In this document: piece by piece, positions 44,617-60,235 of the stretch
How the letters are laid out: every line of letters starts with the position of its first letter
Position numbering within the stretch: position 1 is the first letter of the stretch
Assembly (NCBI GenBank): GCA_951406725.2
Contig: OX597830.1
Span: 9,610,001-9,674,000 of the forward strand
Reading direction: 5' to 3'
DNA length: 64,000 bases
From: Octopus vulgaris
Taxonomy: Eukaryota
Position numbers and translations under genes: made by a program
The notes under the pieces: generated by a model
Database searches by the model: none
What the model was told of the DNA's origin: nothing
Seen by the model: only the letters and a program-made list of their open reading frames with translations

Positions 44617-44832
44617 TTGTGTGTCTGTGTTTGTCCCCCTAGCATTGCTTGACAACCGATGCTGGTGTGTTTATGTCCCCGTTACTTAGCGGTTCGGCAA
44701 AAGTGACCGATAGAATAAGTACTGGGCTTACAAAAAGAATAAGTCCCGGGGTCGAGTTGCTTGATTAAAGGCGGTGCTCCAGCATGGCCGCAGTCAAATG
44801 ACTGAAACAAGTAAAAGAGTAAAGAATAAAGA
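44402..44832 (+). mobile_element. Dominant SINE, full length
   Basis: Same family as 29705-30107. Confidence 0.92.
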
Positions 44833-46154
44833 GCACATATGTCTCTTTTTATGTATATATGCATATATATATAAACATATATATACACACCTATATATAC
44901 ATATATATGCGTGTATGTGTGTTTATGTAGAGAGAAAGAAAGAATAAGAGAAAGAGAGAGAGAGAGAGAGAGCAACCCATATGAATTCATATATACAAAT
45001 ATATGTATGCCTATTTATGTGTGTGTGTTTCTGTGTGTATGTGTTTGCATGCGTGAGTATGTTTGTGAATGTTGGTGTAGCTTTCTACTTGTCTGTCTGA
45101 CTGTCTATCTACCAGCGCGTCTGTCTATTAGAAGCTTAAAGGAATGAAAACCGCTTCAATGTCCAGGACAGATTTTTGTGGCAAAAGTGAAGTAATTGTC
45201 CTAAACTTAATGTTTTGGTTTGACTTGAAGAAAACAAAACCTCATGATGCGAGTCTTGGAATGCACTAGAAAGAATGCGTGTATGAAAGAAAGGGCTTAA
45301 AATATAAAAGATTTGGGGTGGTACACGATGCAAAATGGTAGTATTCTTCGGTTGTTCTTGTAACCTCGGATTGTCCTGGTTATGTCTAGTCCAACAAGAC
45401 TAGCATCGAACTTATGAAGGACAGTAGAGCAGGAAGTTTATAAAGTGGAATTCTAAGATCTCTGGGAATTACTCTTCCGTGTCTTAGGGCTCATAAGAAC
45501 AGCAGTTACCCGGTTTTCGTGGCGCATAGGGTACCAAGATCATAAAGTAACTCATGAACGGGACACCAGTTCATTGCAGGGTTTATCATTTATAGTTGAG
45601 CTTACTTCAGCAACTTGAAATTAAGTGTTTTGCCCCAAAATACAATATCCTTTCCAGGAATTGAAACCGCGATCAAGCGAACGTGAATACAAACTCCTAA
45701 CTACTAGGCTATGCGCTATTCACGTGAAGGCAAAACACGTAAGGAAATATTTCACAGCAAGGTTATGGCAGACACGTGTGCGAGAAAGTGTAAGGATGAG
45801 TGCAATGAAGAAATTCTAAATGAGTAATGAAAAGTAAATATTTGCCAGACACGGCTGAAGTGGTCATAGCTGTAGCTGAATAATGGAGTAGAGTAGCAGG
45901 CGAAAGTGTGGGTCAACCTAACCCAGACATCTTTTGGTAGCAATGACGCTTCTGGGCATTCTAGGAAAGAAATATCCGTGGAGAGGTGACGATTTTCTAG
46001 TCTCTAGTCGACGGTTGATGAATGAACTGTCTCACGGCTAAGTTATATATATATATAATACATAATATGTGTATGTTTATACACATACACACACATATAC
46101 ACATATTTAAATATAGAGATAGATAGATACATATGTATGTATGCATCTATCTAT

Positions 46155-46196
<42 letters not shown>

Positions 46197-46202
46197 GTAT
46201 GC

Positions 46203-46254
<52 letters not shown>

Positions 46255-46265
46255 GTATGCATATG

Positions 46266-46296
<31 letters not shown>

Positions 46297-46311
46297 ACAT
46301 GTATGCATATG

Positions 46312-46342
<31 letters not shown>

Positions 46343-46639
46343 ACATTTATGCATATGTATATATATGTATATATAAGTATATTTGCCACCTAAATGTGGT
46401 TGACACATATGAGACGATGCTACTGTAGTTTATAACACCAGGAAGACATCTCCTCCAACTGGTTAGCAACACACTGTACCCGATCAGTATTTGCGAAGGG
46501 AAATCATTGTTCTCATGTCCAGCCTCACGTGATACACGCGGACCCGGGTTTCTGGTTAGTAACCCGTCATCAGCGTGTGACAATCACCAGCTAGGGATGA
46601 GAACTGATTCGGAACGCAAAATACTATATCCTTCTTCCA

Positions 46640-46737
46640 GTGGCAAACCGTTTTGGGCAAGTGACTTCTACTATGTTGTCGCGCCGACCAAAGTCTTGTG
46701 AATGGTTTTGGTAGATAGAAACTGAAAGAAGCCCATC

Positions 46738-46776
<39 letters not shown>

Positions 46777-46980
46777 ATTTTTTTTGTATATATGTTTGTT
46801 TCCCACCACAGTTTTGCAACCAGTGATAGTTTTTTTACGTCCTCCTAGCATAGCGGTTCGGTAAAAGGAGGCGAAAGAATAAATTCGCAGTTTTTAAAAA
46901 AATAGTTCTGTGATCGAGTCGTTCGACTAAAGTTCTTCAAGACGGTGCCCCAGCCTGACTGAAACATGTAAATCTTAAAA
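46640..46980 (+). mobile_element. Dominant SINE, old diverged copy
   Basis: TTGGGCAAGTGACTTCTACTAT..GAAACTGAAAGAAGCCCATCG..TGACTGAAAC. Confidence 0.7.
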
Positions 46981-47084
46981 TAATAAGAAATGATTAGAGC
47001 CTATGAATGGTATGTCTCAACAAGCTCAACTGAGAAGACATTGTCTGGCCAGGAAAGTGGTAGATATGTGCACATTGAGATTTG

Positions 47085-47115
<31 letters not shown>

Positions 47116-47336
47116 GCAAACATGCATGCATAGATATGAACACCCACACATAGCATGGAGATTAGGCTGATATGAATCAATGCGTTAATTAACTAATGTA
47201 AGTCATCTTGCCACCCGCATTCATTAAGTAATGCAATTAAATATTACTGTTGTCAATATTATACACTCCCAGCACATATACATACACTATACATATACAT
47301 AAATATATATATATAAAATCATGCGTGTGCGTGTTT

Positions 47337-47403
<67 letters not shown>

Positions 47404-47404
<1 letters not shown>

Positions 47405-47797
47405 TAGCAGTATCGCCCGGCGTTGCTCGGGTTTGTAAGGGAAATAACTATATAAGCATTTTTAGAGAATTATAGCCAAAATATAGCAAAAAATGCATTA
47501 AAAATGGAAAAAAATTATGGTAAATTTTTTTTAAATCGTTGACTCATCGTAGACATTTTTAGAGAGTTACTTCCCTTATATAATAGCGAAAAAATGCATT
47601 AAAATGGAAAAAATGATGGTAAATTGTTTTTTAAATCGTAGACTTATCGTAGACGCGCGCTAATACCCAGAAGGGCTCGATATGAATCACGACTATAAGA
47701 TACCCGGTTTTGGTTAAACTGCACCGCAAAATGTGGGAGTAGTTAGGAATCTAAATCGTAGGAGACAGACACACAACCTTACTTATATATATAAAGA
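47404..47797 (-). mobile_element. Non-autonomous Helitron
   Basis: Minus strand: 5' TC, subterminal hairpin CCCG..CGGG, 3' CTAG; inserted between A and T with no TSD. Confidence 0.85.
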
Positions 47798-48111
47798 TAT
47801 GTATGTATGTATGTATATATATGTATGTATATGCTTTGCAGGCTTAGATTGAACACACGTATATCCCATCATTTCTGAACAGTCAGATTTAAGATTCTAC
47901 CGTGCTCTTTTTTCTTCTTAATTTAATATAATGATCGTTATTTTCGTCTTATTGATCGTAACTTTCATACGATGTTTACATAAAAAAATATATGCAACAT
48001 ACATTCCTACGAATATATAACTTAATATAAAGTAATATTATATAATGTGATATAACATAATTCAATAAAATGTTTTATAACATAGTGTTAGTTATAACTA
48101 TATATGTTTTT

Positions 48112-48183
<72 letters not shown>

Positions 48184-48489
48184 TGTTTCTTTATTAGCCA
48201 CACAGGGCTGCACACAGATAGAACAAATTACAAGGTAGAGCTTTTCTTTTGGGGGTAAAAAAAAGAGAGTGGTGGTTTTCGATCAAAAGGGATCGTAAAA
48301 GGAAAGAAAAAGGACAAAAAAAAGGGAGGGGTTAAAAAAGGGGGGAGGAGAGAAAAAAAATGAATAATAGGGATCGTTATCACAGAAATGTCAATATGAA
48401 GTGTAAAGGGGAGGACAGGTGAGGTTTACCCGTGGAAAGAAAAGCCTACGGAAAGGACCACGGTAACCTCGGTCAATGAAGTCACATGT

Positions 48490-48544
<55 letters not shown>

Positions 48545-48654
48545 TGAGATAGAGAGATATATGGGGGGAATTCACGAAAGAAACAAAGGACGAAGAGAGG
48601 TGGTGTAGAAAACAAACAGATGTATTAGTATAACGCTTGGGAATAGAAAAAAGT

Positions 48655-48690
48655 CTTTTACGTTTCGAGCCTACGCTCTTCCACAGAAAG
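48655..48690 (-). ncRNA. Minimal hammerhead-like motif (family A')
   Basis: Minus strand CTTT-CTGTGGA-A-GAGC-GTAG-GCTC-GAAAC-GTA-AAAG. Confidence 0.65.
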
Positions 48691-49040
48691 GAACACAGAA
48701 AGAAACAAGGAAAGAAAAAAATGTGTGTAGTGGCTACCGATCTATCATGGCGACTGTATATATATAGACATACATATACACAGACACAGATATTGAAGGT
48801 GTAATCCGTTAGGGACGTATCGGATTACAAAATAGAGACTGTTCACCGTAAGAATTACGAAATAGCCAGTAGAATTCCATGTCTAGGTTTAGGTATTCAC
48901 CGTGGGTCTCATTATACAGGTGAAACCGTTGCTCAATTTAAAATCTGTGTATATGTGGATTTATGTTGCATCGAAACATATGTAGTGTTTATTAAATAGC
49001 TGTCTAAAACTACTCCTTCCTGTTGACTCTGTCTATTGAA

Positions 49041-49099
<59 letters not shown>

Positions 49100-49107
49100 G
49101 ACAATAA

Positions 49108-49151
<44 letters not shown>

Positions 49152-49254
49152 TATTAATAATAATAATAATAATAATAATAACGACAACAACAACATCAGC
49201 AAAAACATAACTTAGGAATGAAAACCCACGTTTGGGTTCAAAATTCTACCTGGA

Positions 49255-49296
49255 CACCTGATGAAGGCTGGAGAGTAAACCTGCCGAAACGTTGTG
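49255..49296 (+). ncRNA. Minimal hammerhead ribozyme (family B)
   Basis: CAC-CTGATGA-A-GGCTGG-AGAGTAAA-CCTGCC-GAAAC-GTT-GTG; one stem II mismatch; tail shared with the 35.2-kb copy. Confidence 0.8.
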
Positions 49297-49762
49297 GTAA
49301 CAACAAACAAGATGAGGACACATATCCATCCAATGTAAATAATGTAAATAACGTACAGAAATCCTCATCTCAAAAATTATACATCCGGATTTCTTATCAT
49401 GGGCAATCGAACCCTATTTAGCGACAATTTGATCACATAATTAGGATGGAAAACACACCCTAAGGAGACACTTCGCGTTACACTAGGCCCTTTATATTTA
49501 ACAGTGGCAGATTCATTGTGAGTATTAGAATACCAGTTCCCTTCCATTTTTGAAGGGTTTATGTTCCCGAACAATTCGTTTCTGGTGTCTATTTCCTTTT
49601 GTTTTAAATCTACTTTTTATTCAATCAGTATCTTTTATTGAACATCTATGTGAGGTGAATTTAAAGGCATGAACGCTGATTGCCAAGTGGTGGGTAGTCG
49701 AGGACAGACATAGTACATATACATGACATACACACACGCACAGATAAATACATATATATGTC

Positions 49763-49801
<39 letters not shown>

Positions 49802-49888
49802 GTGAGTATGTGTGTGTGCGTGTGTGAGTATGTGTGTGTGTATGAGATAGAAAACATAAGTATATATATGTGTGTATGTAAATATATA

Positions 49889-50439
<551 letters not shown>

Positions 50440-50546
50440 TCGGGGTGAGTACTTGATAATTATAAGCACCTGTGTATACCATTTAGTGGTGTAGGTGGTG
50501 GAGTAAATTGATCAAAATAAAATAAAAACATGATGCGAAGGATTCA

Positions 50547-50624
50547 GCGGTACATATGTTTCGGGCCTTTATTAGACAGATTTATAACAATGCATAATGT
50601 ATGTCTGTGGCCTTCTTCAGCCGC
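50547..50624 (-). ncRNA. Intact type-I hammerhead ribozyme with extended stem II
   Basis: Minus strand GCGG-CTGAAGA-A-GGCC-ACAGA..TCTGT..GGCC-C-GAAAC-ATAT-GTA-CCGC; palindromic ACATATGT helix III, GUA triplet. Confidence 0.82.
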
Positions 50625-51118
50625 GCACAACAGCTTCCACAAGGACATGTGTTACATCAAAAATTCTTGGTTGGGGATGCAAATCCTCTCATTCGCGTAC
50701 GACATAATGCGGCAGCAGCATAGAATTGAAGCGTCCATCTCTTTCTTCTCTCAATGTAGAATGAGGAAAATTGGATGTTGAGGTAATGTAAATAAATAAA
50801 TACATATATAGAGGTGAAGATGGAGGGGCGAGAGTTATATATATATATATATATATACTTTATATATATAGTAAATCCAAATAAACGGAGAACAAGCATA
50901 AGAAAGCTAACAACAACGTGAGGACGTGGTATACATGGAAAGTATTGTCAGACGCTCAGGGAAGGAAAGAAAGGTCTTTGTACAGCCACGTATAAAGTGG
51001 AGACTAAGCTGATATGAATCAATGCGCTAATTAACTAAATTAACTCGTCACGTCACCTGTACTCGCTAATTAATACAATCAGATAACACTATCGCGAATG
51101 GCATTATACACTCCCAAT

Positions 51119-51478
<360 letters not shown>

Positions 51479-51789
51479 ACATGCATACAAACAAACATGT
51501 ATACTTTTGTTTCATAGCTGGCAGATATAAATCAGATGTATATTCAGTGGGACTGAACCCGAAGCCATGTATTTGAGAAGCAAGTTTGTTACCACACGCC
51601 CACGCTTGCGCCTATTATGTATTTTATTGTTCAGTTTTATTTCAAGATTTCTTGCCAATAGAGAAAGAACTGGTATCTAACATGGATCCATGTCCCCCTT
51701 CATTGGAATTTCAACATCATCAACAGAGTATGTTTGCATGTATGTATGTATGTATGTACGTACGTATGTATGTATGTATATGTCCAGAT

Positions 51790-53040
51790 TTGTATGTCTT
51801 GTTTTATGCATGGCTTCTCATGCATATAGTTGCATATCTAGACATGCTCATATATACTTAAGTGATAAACTTCTGGAAAGTTTCACAGATTTTTTTTACA
51901 GTACCAGTGATGGATTGGGTCTGTAGTCTTTGTATCAGCTTTCTCGTTTCTGGTTTTGTAATGCCTAAGTTCTCAAGATTGTATTTAGGCAGTGTGTTAC
52001 ATATCTCAGGGCCCCAATAATTACAGTTATAAACCTGAACTTGCAATCTGGATAGAGTAACTGCAAGTCGCTCAATAGTTCCACGGAGGTATTTTCTTTT
52101 TTACAGATCTTTGGCTTTATGTTAACATCAGCTGGGTAGCTGATTTCCGCAACTGTACACAATTTCTCTTCTCTAACCCAAATCACTATGTCTGATCTAT
52201 TCTGTTTACATTTTATTGAGATTGTCACTGAAACATTCTACCTGTACTCTTTTTTATTATGAGTGGCTATGGCTTCTACCATACTGTGGGTTCTCATTTC
52301 TTTGTCCTCGGGGTTAGCCTTCCGACGGATTTCAGTATATAGTGTCATAGGCAGATAATAGCGTGATGACATTTTCGGACTATTGCTTATGATGTGGGTG
52401 ATATCATCGGTATTAACTCCGCAAAGTCTTCCGCAGTTGTCACATTTTGCTGTTTTTCCAGCCTCTTTTATGCATCAGGTATTTGGTTGATATTTTCTGG
52501 TAAGTGAGAGTTAGTAATCCAGTTGTTGGTCCATACTAGACAGCTTTGATGATCTATGTTAATATCATCACGGAGGTTTTACTACCGTATCCATGAATGG
52601 TCGTCTGCTCATATACGCTCGTCCTTTCATCTGATGATACACTGCGCTAGAATCGTGCGACTTATTTGGGCTCGTATTTAAGTTTATCAGACAAGGAACG
52701 CTGCCCATAGACCTGCTTTCCAAGCCTTTATGATGTTATCAGTCTCATATATGCAAAATTGGTCAAGGGATGTACTTTGACACTTTGTGGTTAAAATATG
52801 TTGCCGAAAGGATATGATACAATATTCAAAGTTAGTTTGGATTGCTGTTAAGACTCCGCCATCTTGTTTCGTTTTAGGTAGAAGCAGTCGACATCACTTG
52901 ATTTGGAATTTATGTGTGTTTGTTAGTATCTTCCGAACTCATATCAATGACTCGGATCCCCTCATGCGTCCAATCAAGCAGTCCGATGATGGTATGAGAA
53001 CTGGCAATGTAAGTACATAGCCACTGTTTTACTCACAACA
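51790..53040 (-). mobile_element. Decayed REL-type non-LTR retrotransposon (RT end, CCHC, restriction-like endonuclease)
   Basis: RLCGV..DITHIISN (zinc-knuckle-like), NRSDIVIW.REEK.C..EISYPAD.N..KKEN..L..DL..VIIGAL; multiple frameshifts. Confidence 0.75.
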
Positions 53041-53600
53041 TATTTCCGAGGTCCATATTGTTTTTATTCGGCAGTAATATTCTTTACTGACACGTATTTT
53101 ATTACAGGTGCCCTGGACACCTATACGATCAGATATGTATGTATATATTTTTACATACGATGGATTTCTTTTAGCTTCCGTCAACTAAACCCACTCCAAA
53201 ATGTTTCGTCAGTTCGTGCAAAGGGACTTAACACAAGACCATACTGTTAGAAAGAATCCATCTTGTCCACACAGCCACATCTTCTCTTATTTATAGGACA
53301 TTGTTTTATTAGTGGGCAGAAACAGGATTCATGACAAACCACTACGAAATATTACCGCCTGTTTGATTAGCATAAACTGCTCTTATTATATCTAATTGAC
53401 TGGCCCTCTCCCCGAAAATTTCAGGCCTTTTGCCTAGAGTAGAAAAGATTATTATTATTATTATTATTATTATTATAATTCTTCTTCTTCTTCTTCTTCT
53501 TCTTCTTCTTCTTCTTCTTCTTCTTCTTCTTCTTCTTCTTCTTCTTCTTCTTCTTCTTCTTCTTCTTCTTCTTCTTCTTCTTCTTCTTCTTCTTCTTCTT

Positions 53601-53667
<67 letters not shown>

Positions 53668-53669
<2 letters not shown>

Positions 53670-53966
53670 GAGTGAGCGAGCAGAGCATGCCATCAAAGTG
53701 ACACTGGGGTAAAATATACGAAGCCCAGTATACCCATCATGACTACCCGTCTGATAAGGGTACACCAGGCACATGCATCACAACCAAATGTGCGCGACAT
53801 GGTGATCTCATATTAAGATAAACAGCGCATAACCTTGCAGGTGGGGCCCAGTTAGAATTTTCTTCAGGTCGAGTAACCCATTCCGCTCAAAAGGTCCATG
53901 AATAAGGATTGTTTAAGTATGTTGAACGAAACACCCATGTTTCCAAAGGTGAATCATCAAACCTCC

Positions 53967-54038
<72 letters not shown>

Positions 54039-54597
54039 ATTATTATCTTTGAGTGAGAGAGCAGTGCATGCCATCAAAGTGACATTGAGGTAAAAATATA
54101 GGAAAACCAGTATACCCATTACGACCACTCGTTTGATAAGGGTCCACAAGACATATGCATCACAATCATATGTGCACGACCTTATATCAAGATAAACAAC
54201 AAATGACCTTGCACATGGGGCCCAGTTAGAATTTCCTTCAGGTCGAGTAGCCCATCTTGCTCAAATGGCCCCTGAATAAGGGTTGTTTAAGGATGTTGAA
54301 CGAAACATTCATGTTTCTAGAGGTCAATTATTCAAGCCCCAAAGAATACCGCTCAACACACGGCTATGATGCTCCCCCACTACTTCTACTCGTGATCAGA
54401 GCTGAACATATCGTCAGCCACCAAGGGACATGCTCAACTGGTTAAAGTCAAACAACTGACAAGCAAATCTGTGATATTGAGCAGAATATTTGCTGTAGCC
54501 CATCTTTTATACCAAGACAAAACAATGTACATGATGACACTTCCAATCAGTTAAGATCAGAAGCCATGAGAGCCACTGCCTGGTACTGCATCAGGGC

Positions 54598-54598
<1 letters not shown>
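53668..54598 (-). mobile_element. Two tandem copies of a non-coding element in (TAA)n (53668-53965 truncated; 54049-54598 ~550 bp)
   Basis: Both begin on plus with TGAGTGAG..GCAG.GCATGCCATCAAAGTGACA and are collinear for about 300 bp; each is bounded by (TAT)n. Orientation inferred from the shared end. Confidence 0.75.
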
Positions 54599-54666
<68 letters not shown>

Positions 54667-54674
54667 CATTATTA

Positions 54675-54738
<64 letters not shown>

Positions 54739-54752
54739 CATTATTATAATTA

Positions 54753-54798
<46 letters not shown>

Positions 54799-54803
54799 CA
54801 TCA

Positions 54804-54843
<40 letters not shown>

Positions 54844-54848
54844 CATCA

Positions 54849-54882
<34 letters not shown>

Positions 54883-55107
54883 CTCGTTTTGAAAACTCAA
54901 GTGAGAAAAACGGGACAGTTGAGCTAAAAAATAGATTTCCGTGTTTACGGAAAAATATTTAATTTCATTTTGGTTCAGTCCACTCAGCTATAAATGAGCT
55001 ACTGCGATAGATGGGGAAGAGGAATCTGCAATGGACCAGTGTCTCGTCAAGATGAAATGAAGATTGTAATTACAGTCACTTATACGCCATGTAGACGGAG
55101 AAGTAAA

Positions 55108-55406
55108 AAGCGAAGAAGAAGAAGGAGGAGGAAGAGAAAGAGGAGAAGATAAAGAAGGAGAAGGAAAAAGAAGAAAAAGAACGAGGAAGAGGAGAAGGAG
55201 AAGAAGAAGGAGAAGGAGGAGGAGAAGAAGGAGAAGCAGAAGAAAGGAAGATGAGATTGAAGGAGGAGGAGGAGGAGGAGAAGAAGAATGAGTAAATGAA
55301 AAAAGTAAAAAGAACGAGAGGGAGGTTGAGGGGGAGGAAGAGGTTGAAGAGGAGGAGAAGAAGGAGAAGAAGAAGGAGAAGAAGAAGGAGAAGAAGAAGA
55401 ATAAGA

Positions 55407-55445
<39 letters not shown>

Positions 55446-55506
55446 AGGAGAAGAAGAAGAAGAAGAAGACGACGAAGAACAACAACAGCAACAACAACAA
55501 CAACAA
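55108..55506. repeat. (GAA/GGA)n purine-rich low-complexity tract
   Basis: Direct reading. Confidence 0.9.
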
Positions 55507-55970
55507 GATGATGGTGACGATTTATAGAGCTTATGTAATATAAGAGCCATACTAGAATGATAGAAAGCGGGTCAGAAAGCTGCAGCCAAAACGCGCTTAG
55601 AATGGAGAAGTCAAACTGAACTCTTTTAATCTTGGAGAAGATCGGCGGAATGACCAAAATATGTGGATAACATTATATTAGTTAGAAGTTCTCTTAGTGT
55701 GAGAAAACACTGCTGTGAAACGGATGGGGTGGGGGGGGGGGGCAGGCTATCTGTGAGAGATATGGTAAAATTCTATAAGCTGTTCATGGAATTATATGTT
55801 GACTTCAGAAGGAAAAGACAAAGTATGTGGTCACCTACGACCTCTTTCCGTGAACATCACGTTGGAAATAATGGAAATGAGGTCAGCCGATGGCAGGGAA
55901 CAGATGGATTTTGTTGGCGGTGACACAAATGTAACATTTTTACATTAAATTCCAGGAGATACTCATAAAA

Positions 55971-56037
<67 letters not shown>

Positions 56038-56205
56038 GTTATATTCATGCAACACATTCCGAAATATTATGCACCAAGAAACGTATTCAGATTTAATAAA
56101 TAAATCTGGAAATATATTTTATGTTTTAATATCTATTTACTGGCTTATAAACGCATTCTCTCGCTCTCACACACATTCACATACATACATACATACATAC
56201 ATACA

Positions 56206-56236
<31 letters not shown>

Positions 56237-56381
56237 GTCTAAAAATATTATATCAATCTATATGTTATGCATATTACAAATAATCTCATTCTACCCACAA
56301 AGAGAACTTTAGATAGAATTGATATTCAAATTGTTTACAAACTTCATATGAAAGTATATGTATGTGCATGTATGCCTGCGC

Positions 56382-56447
<66 letters not shown>

Positions 56448-57211
56448 GTAAAATATATATAGGCTTGTGAGTTTTTTTAGAGATATTACTCTACCAGTGA
56501 CCTAGCATGTAAAATCAATAGCCAACATATTCTCAATATAAAATAATGAACATTTAAACACAAGAGAAAACTACCTTCAAGGGGCAGTTTTAACACGCTA
56601 GAAGAAGCGGTCAAAACGACCAAAACCACATTTAAAGAGTAAACTTCAAAAGGAATGAAAAATAACAAAAACTTTTACCTTGTTATTTTATTCCCGTCAG
56701 ACCAAGGTTACTAAATTTTTTAGCAAATAAAATAATTTGCTAGGCGACTACTTCATCAGTGACCGTGCCATAACACTAACATATAATTAAAAGACGATTA
56801 ACATGTGTTTCTTCGTTATACATTATAATTTTTCAAATTCACCGCGCAAGTGCAGTTTCATTCGGCAGTAAATAATTAACTACCGAATTAATCGTTTACA
56901 AATTGCTAAAAACATATACATAATACATATATATAGGATAGAGAGTTTTCTTTAGAAATTTCACTACCAGTGGCCTAGCATGTATAATAAATTAAAAGGC
57001 AACATATTCTGTTTGCTGAAGGCAGTTTTCCCTTGTGTTTAAATGTACACTATTTTGTATTGAGAATATGTTGTCTATTGACTTTTTATACATGCTAGGC
57101 CACGGGTAGGGAAATTTCTAAAAAAAAAAAAAACACCCTATATATATTTTACGTATATGTTTTTAGCAATGTTTGAATGATTAATTAATAAAAGAATTAT
57201 ATATATATAAT

Positions 57212-57778
<567 letters not shown>

Positions 57779-57990
57779 AAAAAGGAGAAGTGGAACACGA
57801 GTTGTGATATATAAAAAAAGGAAATGAAGAAAATGCTGACAAAATAATTTAAGGGAGAAAGGAACTCTATCTCTCTTTAAAAAATATCTTTTGATAAGCA
57901 TAACAAATGCGCAACCGGTAAAAAGAACTTTCACCTAATTAAATACACTCTCCCTTACTTAAATCATTTTGTCAGCATTTTCTTCATTTC

Positions 57991-58119
<129 letters not shown>

Positions 58120-59291
58120 TACTTTATTTTAAGCAGCAGAAAAATCAACAAAAACAGATTTTGTTGATTTTTCTGCTGCTTAAAATAAAGCATATTACTC
58201 TACCACTGGTATTTGAGTACTCTTTTTTCCACCTTGTTTCACATTTATGTGTTTACTCCGGTATATACATATATATATAGTTGGTATTCAATAAATCGTA
58301 TTGTATCTAGTAGTTTACTACTAAAGTATATTCACAGACTTAGGTTTGTTTGGTATGTAATTAATGAGGGAAACGGAAGATGGAAGACATGAGAATCAAT
58401 ATTGATCACTACAATCGTCTCAGTCCATCTAACATCGATCCCTGAACCAGTTATGCAGTATCTCACCTGCGAGTGATCGATGCTAGATGGGTCGAAACGG
58501 TTGAGGTGGTCAATAAACACTTTCATATCTCCCATTTATATGCACGGACATATCCATATATATAAGCACGAACATACCTGAGTACCTGATCTGCGACGTG
58601 TCCGTTCAAATTTTTATTTGAGATACCTGATGAAGCCGCATCGCGAAAGGAAGTAAAAAGAAGTGCAATTCCATCAAACTTGCTACATCACCGGAAACAA
58701 TACCGAAAGGCAAAACCCAGACCTACTGAAGGGCGGTGCTCCAGCATGGCCTCACCTTCTGGCTGAAATCGGTAAAAGATAAACTTGAAGAAAAATATAT
58801 ACCATTTACATTTTAGTTTTCTCTTCTCTTACTGTATTTCCATTCAGAGACGTGTTACAAATTCTGTGTTTTGAACATTAAAATGATAAATAACATTGAA
58901 CCAGAAAAAGAAAAAGCTGGCATCCTATAAATCGACATATTTTTTTTTTATTTCATAGACAAATAAACAAACAAACAAATAACTAAATAAATAAATACAT
59001 ACAGAGATACACACATAAATATATATCAAATTGAAATTGAAGTGTATGTGTTTCCGACAAATATTTTTTTATTGAGTAGAAAATGTAATATACAAAAACC
59101 GAAATATTCCAAATTTTGCTTTCCGTAAGGAAAAGAAAAAAGACTTGTAATATTTGAGTGATTTCTAATTAATGATGTTTAATTAGAGCAAATACCATAT
59201 AAGCTTAAAAGGAAATTGATTTCACTAAAGCCCTTTTTAACCCCATATTCTTTCAAGCATAAAAACTAGATTTTTCCCTATTATATATATA

Positions 59292-59324
<33 letters not shown>

Positions 59325-59854
59325 GTATGTATATATGTATGTAAGGATATGTGTATGTATGTATGTCTTAATGTTATTAGACATATGTATTAAAATAATC
59401 ATAAATTATGCATATATTTTAATTTCTATTCGCATAATTATTGAAATGTATTTGCTTGGAGTCAATTTTCGGCTAGTCAGTCTGCCTAACACGTTTCTTT
59501 ATATTGCCTTAAGCTTTTTAGGAGACATTTGCTCGTAAATATATTCTGGCTTAATAAATAAATAAATGAATAAATAAGTAAATAAATAAATACAGAGATA
59601 CGTAAATAAATAAATATCAAATTGATACGAAGACTATGAGTCTCTGACATATATTTTTATGTGAAGAAATACTAATATACAAAAAATAAAAAAATAAATA
59701 TTCCAAATTTTGCTTTTAGTTAACTGTAGATTGCTGATATATATATATATATATATATTTTTTAAAATTTATCTATTTATTTATTTATGTGAAGGACACA
59801 ATACATGTCTTTAAGTGCTACTAAGAGTTTCATATGTTGAGAAAAATCTCACAT

Positions 59855-60112
59855 AAGAAGCCTATCGTATATATATATATGTGTGTGTGTGTATATGTGT
59901 GTCTGTGTTTGTCCCCCTCAAACATCGTTTGATTACCAATGGTGGTGTGTTTACGTCCCCGTAATATAGCGGTTCAGCAAAAGGAGACCGATAGAATAGG
60001 TACTAGGCTTACAAACAAGAAGTCCTGGGGTCAAATTTGCTCGACTAAAGGCGGTACCCCAGCATGGCCGCAGTCAAATGACTGAAACAGGTAAAAGAAT
60101 AGAGTAAAAGAA
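59855..60112 (+). mobile_element. Dominant SINE, 3' two-thirds
   Basis: AGAAGCCTATCG..CAGCATGGCCGCAGTCAAATGACTGAAAC. Confidence 0.85.
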
Positions 60113-60182
60113 TATACATTTCTGTCTATATATGTGTGTGTGTTTGTGAGTGTGTGTATATACATATACATACATACATGCA

Positions 60183-60235
<53 letters not shown>

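Noticed and set aside
54578-54598. U2 snRNA-like CCTGGTACTGCA
   Set aside because: About 12 nt of similarity only; no Sm site or branch-point recognition region.
58460-58655. Additional HHR-like cores (58463-58510, CTGATGA at 58627, and ~26805-26852)
   Set aside because: Core or stems too damaged to call individually; they could be chance matches or old remnants.
58960-59720. Degenerate direct repeat (~58960-59125 and ~59560-59720)
   Set aside because: An AT-rich old duplication with no diagnostic features.
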